64,000 nt of DNA from Gammaproteobacteria bacterium (GTDB lineage: Bacteria; Pseudomonadota; Gammaproteobacteria; Steroidobacterales; Foliamicaceae): NCBI GenBank assembly GCA_963666765.1, contig OY762933.1, positions 129,814 to 193,813 on the forward strand, read 5' to 3'. Below the pieces are notes generated by a model, which saw only the letters and a list, made by a program, of their open reading frames with translations, was not told the DNA's origin and ran no database searches. The number at the start of each line of letters is the position of its first letter. Position 1 is the stretch's first letter. Positions 1 through 9,752 of the stretch are shown one piece after another. The position numbers were made by a program, and so were the translations under genes.

Positions 1-17
1 GCTATATTCGACCGGCG

Positions 18-1088
18 ATGCAGCCCAAACGGAGCCGTCCAATGCAAAAGCAAACCACCCGTGAACATCAGGCCACCGAAGCTCCGGACCATGCCGCAGA
101 GGCTGCGGACCATCATGATCCCGTCAGCCATCATGACCCCGTGCGACGCAGCATGCTCGCTGCACTCGGCGGGACACTGGGGATACTGGCCGGTTCCACC
201 CTCAGCCCACTCGCCGCCCAGGAGGAGGACAAGGAATCCGAGGGTGTCTACCGGGACGGTGTGTTCAGTTCGTACTACCGCCCCAAGCGGTTCGAGAACA
301 ACGAAATGGACGGGCGCCCCTGGATCGCTGACGAAAAAGGCAACTTCGATACCAACGATCCCTGGCACAACCGCCTCGCCAGAATGAAAATGTCCAACAA
401 TCTTTCCGGTAAACGCACTTACGTGCCGATGCTCATAAGGAAGGTTCTTGCCAGGGACAACACCCCCGGCGGCGTGTTGCTGGGTTCCGCCGCGATGTTC
501 ACCTGGCAGCTCCAGGTTCCCGACCCGGATGAATTTCCCGATGCGCCGGAAGGCTCCATGGTGATGCGCACGGTGTATACGGCGCTCTATCTCGACCCGA
601 AGACCATGGAGCCGGTTGAGCGTCTCGTGAATCCCTTTAACGGCGTAGCGATGGAACTTGAGGATTATCTTTCCATCGAGACGTTTCTGCTGTATCCCAC
701 GGGCGGCTCACGCCTGGTGCAGGAACCGGAGTTCATGGACGACGATCCGGACGCCGCCAGGCTGACCCTGATCAAGCAATGGGGCGATGACGCCATATTG
801 TTCATGGGCGGCGCCTACAGCGAGCCCGGTCTTCATCAGCCCCGCTTTACCGAACTCCAGTGGCGTTGTTCCTTCGCCGACCTGATGGACCCGGAAAAGG
901 ACCTGATCGAGTCGGCCTACAGCTTTACGGGCGTAAGCAAGGCCTATGAGAAGCCGTGGACGGGCTACTCCCATGAAGACGGCGAGATGCTGGTCGATTC
1001 CGCCATCGGCAGGAAATATCACAGCGTCGAGGACATTCCCGACTACCACAAGCGCGTTCTGGTGGAGAAGTACCCGGATCGCGTTTGA
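18..1088 (+). CDS. Tat-signal periplasmic protein, DUF1838-like (paralog 1 of 4)
   Basis: 356-aa ORF. Twin-arginine-type leader (PVRRSMLAALGG...LAAQEE) follows a His-rich N-region. Blockwise similarity to 3951..4898 and 4891..5850 (NNLSGKRTYVPM vs NNLAGAKTYVPM; PDEFPDAPEGSM vs TDEFEDAREGSM). The family name is recalled, not searched. There is no in-frame stop between the window edge and ATG18, so the start may lie upstream. Confidence 0.75.
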   Translation: MQPKRSRPMQKQTTREHQATEAPDHAAEAADHHDPVSHHDPVRRSMLAALGGTLGILAGSTLSPLAAQEEDKESEGVYRDGVFSSYYRPKRFENNEMDGRPWIADEKGNFDTNDPWHNRLARMKMSNNLSGKRTYVPMLIRKVLARDNTPGGVLLGSAAMFTWQLQVPDPDEFPDAPEGSMVMRTVYTALYLDPKTMEPVERLVNPFNGVAMELEDYLSIETFLLYPTGGSRLVQEPEFMDDDPDAARLTLIKQWGDDAILFMGGAYSEPGLHQPRFTELQWRCSFADLMDPEKDLIESAYSFTGVSKAYEKPWTGYSHEDGEMLVDSAIGRKYHSVEDIPDYHKRVLVEKYPDRV

Positions 1089-1170
1089 GGGGCGCCCCCG
1101 GGAGCGAGGACGTCCTGTCCTCCCCTGGGACCGAAGGGTGTCCCGCCGTGGGGGCAGTGCCCCCACTCCC
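1089..1170. repeat. REP-like GC-rich palindromic element (copy 1)
   Basis: Fills the gap between two convergent stops. Contains CCCGGGAGCGAGGACGTCCTGTCCTC with hairpin GAGGAC-N5-GTCCTC. Shares the CCGGGAGCGAGG / GTCCCGCC modules with the other copies listed below. Confidence 0.7.
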
Positions 1171-2028
1171 TCAGCGGGCGGCGAGGCGTTTTACGTAGTT
1201 CTCGTAGGTGTTGGGCTCGCGGCCGAGGATCCAGCGCAGGACGTTGGGATTGCCGTGGAAGCCGAACCGGTCGTAGTGTTCGTTCATGATGAGCATCTGC
1301 GCCACCCGGTCTTCGCTCGCGCCGGCGGCGCGGGCGTTCTTCTCGACCTGCTGAAGGCTCACGGCTTCGGCGCGGATTTCCCGGCCCAGGACCCGGCTGA
1401 TCACCGCGGCCATGTCGCGCTGGTTCAAAGCCTCCGGTCCGGCCAGCTCGTAGGTGGCGTAGAGATGCCCCGGCTGCGTGGCAGCGATCGCGGTGGCTTC
1501 GGCGAGGTCGCGGAGGTCGGCGACATTGAACTTGAGATCGACATTGAACGGCATGGCGTGAACGCCCGTGTCCAGGACTTTCTTCCAGATCATCGCCAGG
1601 TGCTGCATGTAGCGGATCGGCTGCACGATGGTGTAGGGCAGGCCGGACTCGATCAGCTCTTCCTCGGCGTCCAGCTTGAGGCGGTGATGGCGCACCGCGC
1701 GCCGCAGCGGGTGCATGACGGAGTAATAGACGAAGCGCGACAGGCCGTGGGATCGGGCGGCCTTGATGAAGCGTCCGGTGATTTCGACCTCGTTGGGATG
1801 CATGGGCGGGCCGATATGGATGATCCCGTCGCAGGAATCCATCGCGGCGTCGATGGTGGACGCGTCCTCCATGTCGCCGAGGGCGAATGAAGCGGCGCCG
1901 AGTTCCTTCAGCGCGGGCCACTGGCCTTCGTCGCGCACGAACACCTTCACGTCGGCGCCCGCGCTTGCGAGCGCCTTTAATACCGCGCGGCCGGTTCGGC
2001 CGTTGGCGGCGGTCAGCAGGATGGTCAT
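1171..2028 (-). CDS. NmrA-family NAD(P)-binding protein
   Basis: 285 aa. N-terminal Rossmann-type MTILLTAANGRTGRAVLKALASAGADVKVFVRD, typical of NmrA/atypical SDR proteins. Confidence 0.75.
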   Translation of the reverse strand: MTILLTAANGRTGRAVLKALASAGADVKVFVRDEGQWPALKELGAASFALGDMEDASTIDAAMDSCDGIIHIGPPMHPNEVEITGRFIKAARSHGLSRFVYYSVMHPLRRAVRHHRLKLDAEEELIESGLPYTIVQPIRYMQHLAMIWKKVLDTGVHAMPFNVDLKFNVADLRDLAEATAIAATQPGHLYATYELAGPEALNQRDMAAVISRVLGREIRAEAVSLQQVEKNARAAGASEDRVAQMLIMNEHYDRFGFHGNPNVLRWILGREPNTYENYVKRLAAR

Positions 2029-2052
2029 GGTTGTCGTGTTCCTTTGCTTGTC

Positions 2053-2967
2053 TCAGCGGTCGACCTGCCACTCGCGGCAGGACTCCTCGATGACCGGGAT
2101 GATGTTCTCCACCGTCGGTCGCTGGGTTTCAGTCTGACGCAAGACCAGGCCGGCCTCGCGCACCAGCGCGGAGCCGTCCATGCGTATGGTCTTGATCTCG
2201 CCGTCTTTGAGCTCCTCTTCGATCCAGCGGCGCGGCAGCATGGCCACGTACTGTCCGAGCAGGACCAGCGACTTGAGTGTGTTGAGCGAGGTGGCCTCGA
2301 TCGCGACGGAAACCGGAGGGAGCGATTCCGCGGCGAAGAATTTATCCAGAAAATCAACAATATGCGGATGTTTTATGATGGCCCATTGAGCATTCCTCAG
2401 GTCCTCTGCCGTGATGTCTTCCCTGGATGCCAGGGGATGGGAAGCGCCGACCACGAACTCCGTGCGGATTTCGAACAGCGGTTTCAGGATCACGTCCGGG
2501 GGCACGACGCCGGGTGGGAAATTGGACAGCAGCACGTCGATTTCGCCTTCCACCAGGCCGGCCACGAGTTCTTCGAAGAAGCCTTCGGTAATGCGTACGT
2601 GGAGGGAGGGGAATTCCGCCGACAGGTGCGGAATGAGATGGCTGATCAGGGTAGGGGCGAACAGGGCGGCGATCCCGATATGGACGTGGCCCTGCTCGCC
2701 GTTGGATACCGCGGTGACGTCCAGAAGCGCGCGTTCCGCCTGGTTGATGATGATCTTGGCGTAGCGGTAGAGGACCCGTCCCGCCTCCGTGGGCGTGATC
2801 GAGCGGGGGCTCCGAATCAGGAGCCTGGCGCCGATGCGCTCCTCCATCTTCTTGATGCTGCGCGTCAGCGCCGGCTGGGTGATGTACTGCAATTCGGCGG
2901 CGCGCGTGATGTTGCCCGTGTCCACCACGCAGACAAAGTGGCGCAATTGCTTGATGTCGAATTTCAT
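2053..2967 (-). CDS. LysR-family transcriptional regulator
   Basis: 304 aa. N-terminal HTH (MKFDIKQLRHFVCVVDTGNITRAAELQYITQPALTRSIKKMEERIG) plus a LysR substrate-binding-type C-terminal part. Divergent from a DUF1838-like gene. Confidence 0.9.
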   Translation of the reverse strand: MKFDIKQLRHFVCVVDTGNITRAAELQYITQPALTRSIKKMEERIGARLLIRSPRSITPTEAGRVLYRYAKIIINQAERALLDVTAVSNGEQGHVHIGIAALFAPTLISHLIPHLSAEFPSLHVRITEGFFEELVAGLVEGEIDVLLSNFPPGVVPPDVILKPLFEIRTEFVVGASHPLASREDITAEDLRNAQWAIIKHPHIVDFLDKFFAAESLPPVSVAIEATSLNTLKSLVLLGQYVAMLPRRWIEEELKDGEIKTIRMDGSALVREAGLVLRQTETQRPTVENIIPVIEESCREWQVDR

Positions 2968-3034
2968 GAGAAGGCACGGATTAATATAATTATGAATTAT
3001 GGCTTGGTCAAATTCGCGTCCTGAAAATTATGAA
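2968..3034. promoter_or_regulatory. AT-rich divergent promoter/operator region between LysR and DUF1838-like gene
   Basis: Locally AT-rich in a GC-rich background. The 9-nt direct repeat AATTATGAA occurs at 2988..2996 and 3026..3034, and the palindrome ATAATTAT lies at about 2986..2993. This is the classic position for a LysR autoregulatory/activation site. Confidence 0.45.
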
Positions 3035-3892
3035 ATGCCTGCGACCGGCGTGTCGCGTCGCAGGCTGATCCCGCTTGCGGGCCTTGGGTTTCTGGCCCTC
3101 GGCCCGTTGCGCCCGCTTGCCGGGCAACTCCTCGCGGCGTCCGGCGCGCTTTCGGCAGAGGAACAGCGCTCGTACCTGCGGCTGGTCTATTCCGGGGTGG
3201 ACGACGAGGTGATCTGGTCGATCCTGGGTGTCAAGTACGGGCGCGAGGGCAATGAACTCACGCCACTGTGGAACACCAACACGATCGGGTTCTCCCGGAT
3301 CAGTTATCCGGAGCAGGGCGGTTATCGCGTGGATACGCTGGAAGTGGTTTTCTACACCGACCTCGTGAGCGGCGAACGGCTCGGAATCTGGCACAACCCC
3401 TACACGTCGCGGGAAGTCGAGGTAATCGTGCCCGCGCCGGTCGCCGTGACGTCATATCACTCCGGGGTCGGTCCATCCGAGCGCGCGTCCGCGGGCGGCA
3501 TTCGCATCGCCGAGTCGGTTCAGCCGCCGCGCACGATTGGAGGCGACACCTGGGTGCAGGTGGAGAAACGCGTCGCGGTCACGCCCGATCAGGCGCGCGC
3601 GCCGGTCTTCACCTCGACGGAGTTCATCGATTACCGCGGCCGAACCTCGGACCTGCATTCGGAAGCTCCGCGCGTTGCCTCAACGCTGCAGCTGGAGATT
3701 GTGTCGGACTGGCTGCCGTGGATGGAAATGAGCGACCGCCCCGGCGGCCTGTACACCCGCGCCGGGGGAGCCAAGCTGTTCGCACTGGACGACGCGCCGG
3801 CGGCTTCCCTTGAGCTGCTCGAACGCCACTACCCGGCAATCGCGGAGGACCCGTTCGGATACATCGCTGCGGCGCTGGCCGGCGGGCCGTGA
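3035..3892 (+). CDS. Tat-signal DUF1838-like protein (paralog 2, more divergent)
   Basis: The ORF track starts at 2999. I prefer ATG 3035 (MPATGVSRRRLIPLAGLGFLALG, a twin-arginine leader), which leaves a usable divergent promoter. Size and layout resemble the other three paralogs, but the similarity is weaker. Confidence 0.65.
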   Translation: MPATGVSRRRLIPLAGLGFLALGPLRPLAGQLLAASGALSAEEQRSYLRLVYSGVDDEVIWSILGVKYGREGNELTPLWNTNTIGFSRISYPEQGGYRVDTLEVVFYTDLVSGERLGIWHNPYTSREVEVIVPAPVAVTSYHSGVGPSERASAGGIRIAESVQPPRTIGGDTWVQVEKRVAVTPDQARAPVFTSTEFIDYRGRTSDLHSEAPRVASTLQLEIVSDWLPWMEMSDRPGGLYTRAGGAKLFALDDAPAASLELLERHYPAIAEDPFGYIAAALAGGP

Positions 3893-3950
3893 TCCGATCG
3901 GCGGGTGGCGGGGTTGTGGCGCCCCGCGGCCCAACGGGCGGACGGGACGA

Positions 3951-4898
3951 TCAGACCCGGTCGTCGTACTTGCTCAGCACGTGCTTGTGCAGCAGGTCCG
4001 GAATGCGGTCGATGGAATGGACCTTGCGGCCCTCGACGGCCCAGAGCAACTGGGTCTCGTCGGGTTTTTCGACGCCCAGCCAGGGTCGCTCCCAGGCGCG
4101 CATGAGTCCGGTGAAGTTGTAGCGGGTCTCCACCAGCGGCTGCTCGGGGTCGATGAGCTGCGCGTAGTTCGTGGTCCACCATGAGGAATCCGCCCGGGGC
4201 TGGTAATCGCCCTCGCCCTGGAACAGTCCGGCCAGCACGAACGCCACTTCGTCGCCGAAGCGGACGTAGGGCGTGTCCGGCTTCTCGTCGGGGTTGTAGA
4301 ACTCGGCAATATCGATGTCGCGGCCGCCGCCCATGGGGTGCAGCAGGTAGTTCATGGCGAACACCGAATCCTCCACCGTGATGGTCTCGCCGGTGTAGGG
4401 GTTCTCGAGCTGCTCGACGGGTTCGAAGGTGTACGGGTCCAGGATCGTTCCGGTGTACAGCGCGCGCTGAATCATGGAGCCTTCGCGGGCGTCCTCGAAT
4501 TCGTCGGTGGTCGCCTTGTGAAGCTGCCAGGTCCACAGGCCGCAGTGGCCGAACATCGGGTGGGCCGGCGCGCCCTGGGGGCAGATATAGGCGCGGGAGA
4601 ACATCGGCACGTAGGTCTTTGCCCCGGCCAGGTTGTTGGTGGCCTTGATCTTGGCGTACCAGGCGTCGCTCGGATCGGTGAGGTCGAGGGGACGGTCGAA
4701 CTCGACGACGGCCGGTTCGGCGGTCGCGGACGACCGGGGCAGGCCGTTGGGGAGCAGGTCGCTCGCTTCGTCCTGGGCTCGGGCCATCTCCGAGCGGACC
4801 AGGCCGCTTAAGGCAGTCATGCCGGCGATTGCGCTGAGCGAACGAACGATGTCACGGCGCTGTTCGTTGATTTCAGGGAGGTCGTTGCTGTCACTCAT
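3951..4898 (-). CDS. Tat-signal DUF1838-like protein (paralog 3)
   Basis: 315 aa. Leader QRRDIVRSLSAIAGMTALSG...ARAQ. Clear similarity to 18..1088 across the length. Confidence 0.8.
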   Translation of the reverse strand: MSDSNDLPEINEQRRDIVRSLSAIAGMTALSGLVRSEMARAQDEASDLLPNGLPRSSATAEPAVVEFDRPLDLTDPSDAWYAKIKATNNLAGAKTYVPMFSRAYICPQGAPAHPMFGHCGLWTWQLHKATTDEFEDAREGSMIQRALYTGTILDPYTFEPVEQLENPYTGETITVEDSVFAMNYLLHPMGGGRDIDIAEFYNPDEKPDTPYVRFGDEVAFVLAGLFQGEGDYQPRADSSWWTTNYAQLIDPEQPLVETRYNFTGLMRAWERPWLGVEKPDETQLLWAVEGRKVHSIDRIPDLLHKHVLSKYDDRV

Positions 4899-5850
4899 GC
4901 GAGGGTCCTCTTGGCGAGTGCTGTTTCCGGGGCACGCGCTCGGGGTGCTTTACGAGAATCCGTTCCCGCACCAGAGCGGGCAGTTCGTCGATCGTGTGCA
5001 CCTTGATGCCGGCCTTGCTGGTGACGATCCGCGTGGGGTCGTCCACGTCCAGCCCGGTCCAGGCATAAAGCGCGGCGTAGGACGATGCGGTGAACGAGTA
5101 GCCGGCCTTGAGCCGCAGGTGCGCGGGGTCCATCAGGTGGGCGTGCTTCACCTGCCACACGGAGGTATCCATGCGGGGCGGACGCGACTCGGTGGGGGTG
5201 AAAAGCGCGATGTTGGTGAAGTGGACGTCATCGCCGAAGCGGTACCACCTGAGGTCTTCGGTGAGCGTGGGGTCGTGCGGGACCGGGGCGAGATCCATCG
5301 GGATGCTCAGCGCGAACTGCGTGGGCGCCAGCGTCAGCTCCCGGTTCATGGCCGGTACTTCGATTGTTTCGACGGGGCGCAGGGTGGCGGCATCCAGGAA
5401 TGCCCGCGTGTACGAGCCGTGCAGCATCAGCTTGCCCTGCTCGTATTCTTCGCGGAAGTCCGGGCCGCCGGTCGTGAGGAAGGACACGTTCAGTTCGAGT
5501 TCGTTGACGAGCGGGTAGGGCGTTTGGTCCGGCGGCATGACGAAATGCCGGGTCATGTAGGCGCTGTAGGCGTAGTCGCCGTTGAGGCTGAACGAGGTCT
5601 TGATGCGCGCCAGCCGCAGGCCCTGGGGGTCGTCGAGGTCCAGCGCTCCCGGCTGCTCAAGCGTGGCGAGCGGCTCCTTCAGCGCTTCCGCGGGCAAGGC
5701 GTGGGGGAAGCCGGCCGGCGTGTAGGCCTCGGACGCGCCCGTTTGCGGATCGTCCGTTTGGCTGCGGGCGAACGCGGCGCCGCTCATCAGCCCGCCCATT
5801 GCGACGAGCAGAGTTCGCCGGCTGATTTCGCTGGTCGCAAAGTGAGTCAT
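4891..5850 (-). CDS. Tat-signal DUF1838-like protein (paralog 4)
   Basis: The track ORF extends to 6015. ATG at 5850 gives MTHFATSEISRRTLLVAMGGLMSGAAFARSQ (Tat leader). The 3' end overlaps the start of paralog 3 by 8 nt. Confidence 0.8.
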   Translation of the reverse strand: MTHFATSEISRRTLLVAMGGLMSGAAFARSQTDDPQTGASEAYTPAGFPHALPAEALKEPLATLEQPGALDLDDPQGLRLARIKTSFSLNGDYAYSAYMTRHFVMPPDQTPYPLVNELELNVSFLTTGGPDFREEYEQGKLMLHGSYTRAFLDAATLRPVETIEVPAMNRELTLAPTQFALSIPMDLAPVPHDPTLTEDLRWYRFGDDVHFTNIALFTPTESRPPRMDTSVWQVKHAHLMDPAHLRLKAGYSFTASSYAALYAWTGLDVDDPTRIVTSKAGIKVHTIDELPALVRERILVKHPERVPRKQHSPRGPSHE

Positions 5851-6013
5851 GCGTGTGGTTTCTCCACGCTCCGATGCGCGCAATGAGTTCATCGTATCGC
5901 GCGCCGGCGTCCGTGTCGCATAAAAACCGCTTATCAATGAATGTCGAACCTGCATTTTGAGGGCGCCCGCGCCGTCGTTGACAATGGGAGCGGGCTGAAG
6001 GCTGGAGGACGCC

Positions 6014-6925
6014 ATGCGTTACCTGCTGGGATTTTTCCTGGTGCTGATTTCGTTCTGGACGCACGCGGATGCGATTCGAACGCAGATGATCGAGGGAGGA
6101 GGGGGGCTGCCGATCGCGGTCACGAGCAACAACCGCGCCGACGCGCCGCGGATTGTCTTCGTGCACGGCTTTCTCGGCAGCACGCTCAACTGGCACAAGC
6201 AGTTGCAGTCCGGTCTCGCCGACGAGTTTCACCTGACCGCGCTGGACATGCGCGGGCACGGCGCCTCGGCCAAGCCCTGGCAGGCCGAGCACTACCTGGA
6301 CATGCAGCTCTGGGCCGACGACATCAGGGCGGCGCTCGAGGCCGGCGGCTCCGGCGCCGGCGCTGGCGCCGGCAAGCCGCTGCTCGTCGCCTGGTCGTAC
6401 GGCGGTCATTTCGTGCTCGACTACGTGCGCTATTACGGGACCGATGCCATCGCCGGGATCGTGTTCATAAGCAGCAATGCGGGGTTCGTGCCCCGGCCGG
6501 AGTCACCGATGACGCCGGAACGCGAACAGCAGATCGCGCGTTCGACGTCGGCGAACGCGGAAACGCTCATGGAATGGACGCAGGGCTACCTGGATCTGAT
6601 TATCGGGGACGGCGAGCTGCCGGCGGCCGAAATGGACATGCTGCGCGTGTCCGCCATGATGACGCCGCACTACGTTCGGGTGTTCAACCGCGAGCACCGC
6701 TCGGACAACAGCGACCTTCTGGAAGCGGTCGATGTGCCGGTGCTGTTCATCGTGGGCGGCAGGGACATACTGGCCAACCGCGAGCAGATCGAGTCGATCG
6801 CGGCCCGCCTGCCGCAGGCCCAGGTGTCGGTTTACGCCGACTCCGGCAACATGCCGTTCTGGTTTGCCTCCGAAAAGTTCAACCGGCACATCGCGGAGTT
6901 CGCGATGTCGCTGAACCGGCGCTAG
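6014..6925 (+). CDS. alpha/beta-fold hydrolase
   Basis: 303 aa. Signal-like N-terminus, HG oxyanion motif (IVFVHGFLGS), nucleophile elbow variant (VAWSYGGH). Confidence 0.75.
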   Translation: MRYLLGFFLVLISFWTHADAIRTQMIEGGGGLPIAVTSNNRADAPRIVFVHGFLGSTLNWHKQLQSGLADEFHLTALDMRGHGASAKPWQAEHYLDMQLWADDIRAALEAGGSGAGAGAGKPLLVAWSYGGHFVLDYVRYYGTDAIAGIVFISSNAGFVPRPESPMTPEREQQIARSTSANAETLMEWTQGYLDLIIGDGELPAAEMDMLRVSAMMTPHYVRVFNREHRSDNSDLLEAVDVPVLFIVGGRDILANREQIESIAARLPQAQVSVYADSGNMPFWFASEKFNRHIAEFAMSLNRR

Positions 6926-6953
6926 CAGTCTGCGGGACTTCTGCCACGGGCTG

Positions 6954-8108
6954 CTAGGTCCGCACGCGCCGGAAGTCTGTCAGCTTGCCGGTCTCGCTGA
7001 TGGCGAGGCCGATCCCGCGGGTCGGCTCGATCGTGTTCAGGACGTGGGCGAAGCCGTAGTAATACATGAACAGCCGGCCGTCGTCGTGCGGCACGAGCTG
7101 CGGGTAGGCGACGCCGCCGCTGTCGAAGTTGTTTATCGGCCCCATGTGGAGAACGGGATCGTCGAATTTGCGGCGCCAGAGCAGGCCGTCGTCCGACTCC
7201 GCGGCGCCGATCACGCGCGGATAGCGCGGCAAACGGGCGTCGAGCGCGGTATAGAGCATCAGCCAGCGGCGCCCGGCGGGGTCGGGGTTTGGCAGGATGT
7301 GGCGCGTGTTCGATCCGCCCAGTTCCCAGCGGGCCGGATCGGCGCTCCATTCAATGTTGCCCAGCACCCGCCAGTTCACCAGGTCGGTTGACTCGGCGAC
7401 CTTCGTTTCCCAGTAAACGATGCGCGGCGACAGCGTCGTGTAGTACATCAGGAAACGCTCGCCGTCGTGAATCCCGTTGGGGAAGGCGCCGTAGATGTTG
7501 TCGCCGATGTCCACCGAAGCGCCGCCGGTCGCGGCGCCGCGAATCCGGGTCCAGTGAATGCCGTCCTTGCTGCGGGCGATGCCGGGCCGGCAGCGGTAGC
7601 CCTTGAACTGATAGCCCTCCGACACGGGGTGTCCGCCCAGCTCCGTCGGCGTCGTGCTGTCGCCGCCGAAATACCACAGCAGCCACTCGTCGTTGTGCCG
7701 CAGGATGTCGCCGCTGCCGATGTGGGTGGAATCGAACGCTTCCGGATCGTCGCTCCAGTCCATGATCGCGCCGCCCGTCAGATGTCCCTTGTAGCGTTCC
7801 CAGGCAATGCCGTCGGCGGACTTGGCGAGCGCGATCCGGCCGGTGCCGAAAGCGGGGGCGACGCCCTCGGGGTAGTTGTTGTCGCGGGCGTAGTACCACA
7901 TCCACCAGGACTGGTCCTCGTCGTTCCAGCGCACCGTCGCGCCGCCGTTTTTGGCTTCGTCGCACCAGCCCTCCGGGCCCTTGCCGAGTATCAGCCCGGG
8001 GCTGGAAGCGGTTGCTGACTGCGCCCGGGCCCCTGGCCAGCGCCCGGGAAGCACGACGCTCGCCGCGGCAATCCCCTGTATCAGTCGCCTGCGTGTAGTT
8101 GCTTGCAT
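6954..8108 (-). CDS. Tat-signal five-bladed beta-propeller, glycoside-hydrolase-like (GH43/32/130-type fold)
   Basis: 384 aa. Leader MQATTRRRLIQGIAAASVV...ARAQ. Five recurring blade motifs (WWMWYYARD, WLLWYFGGD, FLMYYTT, WLMLYTALD, LFMYYYG). The function assignment is tentative. Confidence 0.5.
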   Translation of the reverse strand: MQATTRRRLIQGIAAASVVLPGRWPGARAQSATASSPGLILGKGPEGWCDEAKNGGATVRWNDEDQSWWMWYYARDNNYPEGVAPAFGTGRIALAKSADGIAWERYKGHLTGGAIMDWSDDPEAFDSTHIGSGDILRHNDEWLLWYFGGDSTTPTELGGHPVSEGYQFKGYRCRPGIARSKDGIHWTRIRGAATGGASVDIGDNIYGAFPNGIHDGERFLMYYTTLSPRIVYWETKVAESTDLVNWRVLGNIEWSADPARWELGGSNTRHILPNPDPAGRRWLMLYTALDARLPRYPRVIGAAESDDGLLWRRKFDDPVLHMGPINNFDSGGVAYPQLVPHDDGRLFMYYYGFAHVLNTIEPTRGIGLAISETGKLTDFRRVRT

Positions 8109-8119
8109 GGATTTGTCCT

Positions 8120-8890
8120 CTAGAAGCGGTCCTTGCGTTTTCGAACTTCCGCGAATACTTCCACGTCGTCGGCATCCTCCATGCCCAGTTGCAGGCGGAT
8201 TCCCTCGCTGTCCGGGCGCAGGAACGGGTTGGTGCGTTTCTCCTGGTGCATGGTGGTGGGCACGGTCGGGCGGCCCTCGGAGCGCAGGCGGTCCACTTCT
8301 TCCATGCGCTTGACCAGTGCGCGGTTATCCGGGTCCACGGTGAGCGCAAAGCGCCCGTTGGTGCGCGTGTATTCATGCGCGCAGTAGATGCGCGTGCGCC
8401 CGGGCCAGTGCATCAGCTTCTGCAGCGAGTTCCACATCTGCCCGGGCGAACCTTCAAACAGGCGGCCGCAGCCCATGGCGAACAGCGTGTCGCCCACGAA
8501 GGCGGCGTCTTCGTGGGGAAAGTAATAGACGATGTGGCCGCTGGTGTGGCCGGGGGTGTCGTAGATCATCGCTTCGGCGCTGCCGAATTCCAGCGTCTCG
8601 CCTTCGCCCACCTGGAGGTCGATGCCGGGGATGCGCGCGGCGTCGGCGCCGGGGCCGACGATGACGCAGCCGGTGCGCTCCTTCAGCCACAGGTTGCCGC
8701 CGGCGTGGTCCGGATGGTGGTGCGTGTTGAGGATATGCGTGAGGCGCCATCCCTTGCGCTTGAGCTCGCGGTGGATGGCCTTGGCGTCGGGCGTGTCGAT
8801 GGTGGCGGTCAGGCCGGACAGGCGCTCGTGGATGAGGAAGCCGTAGTTGTCCGACAGGCAGGGGAACTGGTGAATCTGCAGCAGCGCCAT
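8120..8890 (-). CDS. gloB: hydroxyacylglutathione hydrolase (glyoxalase II)
   Basis: 256 aa. N-terminus ...IHQFPCLSDNYGFLIHE and metallo-beta-lactamase motif THHHPDHAGG, typical of GloB. Confidence 0.9.
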   Translation of the reverse strand: MALLQIHQFPCLSDNYGFLIHERLSGLTATIDTPDAKAIHRELKRKGWRLTHILNTHHHPDHAGGNLWLKERTGCVIVGPGADAARIPGIDLQVGEGETLEFGSAEAMIYDTPGHTSGHIVYYFPHEDAAFVGDTLFAMGCGRLFEGSPGQMWNSLQKLMHWPGRTRIYCAHEYTRTNGRFALTVDPDNRALVKRMEEVDRLRSEGRPTVPTTMHQEKRTNPFLRPDSEGIRLQLGMEDADDVEVFAEVRKRKDRF

Positions 8891-8904
8891 GGTGTGTTCG
8901 CAGC

Positions 8905-9450
8905 TTACGTTTCCCTGAGCCGGGGCCTGAGCTCGGCCAGGTTGCAGGGGCGGGTGCGGGCGTCGAGCTGGGCCTCGATGAGCTTGTCCCAGCCGGTGGC
9001 CACGGCGTTGCGCGAACCCGGCAGGCAGAAGATGAAGGTGCCGTTGGCCAGGCCCGCCAGGCAGCGCGATTGCAGCGTTGACGTGCCGATGTCCTCGTAG
9101 GACAGCACCCGGAACATCTCGCCGAAACCCTCGATCTCCTTGTCGAGCAGCGGTTCTACGGCTTCGGGCGTTCCGTCGCGCCCGGTAAGGCCGGTGCCGC
9201 CTGTAGTGATGACGGCGTCGATGTCCTCATCGGCGATCCACTGCGACACGACTGCACGGATGCGGTAGCGGTGGTCCGGTTCCAGCAGGCGCTGGTGCAG
9301 TTTGTGACCGGCGCCCGCGATGCGCTCCACCAGAAGCGCGCCGGAATCGTCCGTTTCCAGCGTGCGGCTGTCCGAAATCGTCAGCACCGCGATGCTCAGC
9401 GGCAGAAAGGTGTCCGGCTTCTCGCCCAAGGTCGCGCCCTCCGTGATCAC
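8905..9450 (-). CDS. moaB: molybdenum cofactor biosynthesis protein B
   Basis: 181 aa. Near-colinear with E. coli MoaB as I recall it ([50 protein letters not shown]). GTG start overlaps the higA stop. Confidence 0.9.
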   Translation of the reverse strand: MITEGATLGEKPDTFLPLSIAVLTISDSRTLETDDSGALLVERIAGAGHKLHQRLLEPDHRYRIRAVVSQWIADEDIDAVITTGGTGLTGRDGTPEAVEPLLDKEIEGFGEMFRVLSYEDIGTSTLQSRCLAGLANGTFIFCLPGSRNAVATGWDKLIEAQLDARTRPCNLAELRPRLRET

Positions 9451-9737
9451 CGAGATTTTAGTTCAGTTGGTGAGGGCGGGACGCCCTCTCTCCTTCGCAC
9501 TCTGGACAAGTCGTAGTCGACTTGCCGGCGGAGCCAAAACTCTGCATTGGACCATCCGGCCTTTTCCAGCCGTACGGCCATTTCCGGTGATATGGCCGCG
9601 TGTCCGTGCAGTACGCGCGAGAGCGAGTGCCGTGCTACGCCCAGGATTCTTGAAGCGTCGGTGACGTTCAAACCCAGCGGTTCAAGGCAATTTTCCTTGA
9701 TGCTAAGGCCTGGGTGGGGTGGATTCTTCATGGTCAT
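9447..9737 (-). CDS. higA: HigA-family antitoxin (XRE HTH), orphan
   Basis: 96 aa. [45 protein letters not shown] is the canonical HigA N-terminus/HTH. The C-terminal tail reads through a REP-like hairpin (9469..9498). Confidence 0.85.
   Translation of the reverse strand: MTMKNPPHPGLSIKENCLEPLGLNVTDASRILGVARHSLSRVLHGHAAISPEMAVRLEKAGWSNAEFWLRRQVDYDLSRVRRREGVPPSPTELKSR
9469..9498. repeat. REP-like unit (copy 2), inside the higA 3' end
   Basis: GGTGAGGGCGGGACGCCCTCTCTCC with perfect hairpin GAGGGCG(9472-9478)-GGA-CGCCCTC(9482-9488). Same core as the other copies. Confidence 0.65.
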
Positions 9738-9752
9738 TGAGCTCGCCTTTTC

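Noticed and set aside
9455-9500. TAGTTCAGTTGGTGAG resembles a tRNA D-arm (TAGCTCAGTTGGTAGAG), hinting at a tRNA fragment or att site next to the TA islet
   Set aside because: The D-stem does not pair (GTTC vs GAGG). What follows is the 7-bp/3-nt-loop REP hairpin, not an anticodon arm. No T-arm or acceptor stem can be drawn, and the region is inside the higA reading frame.
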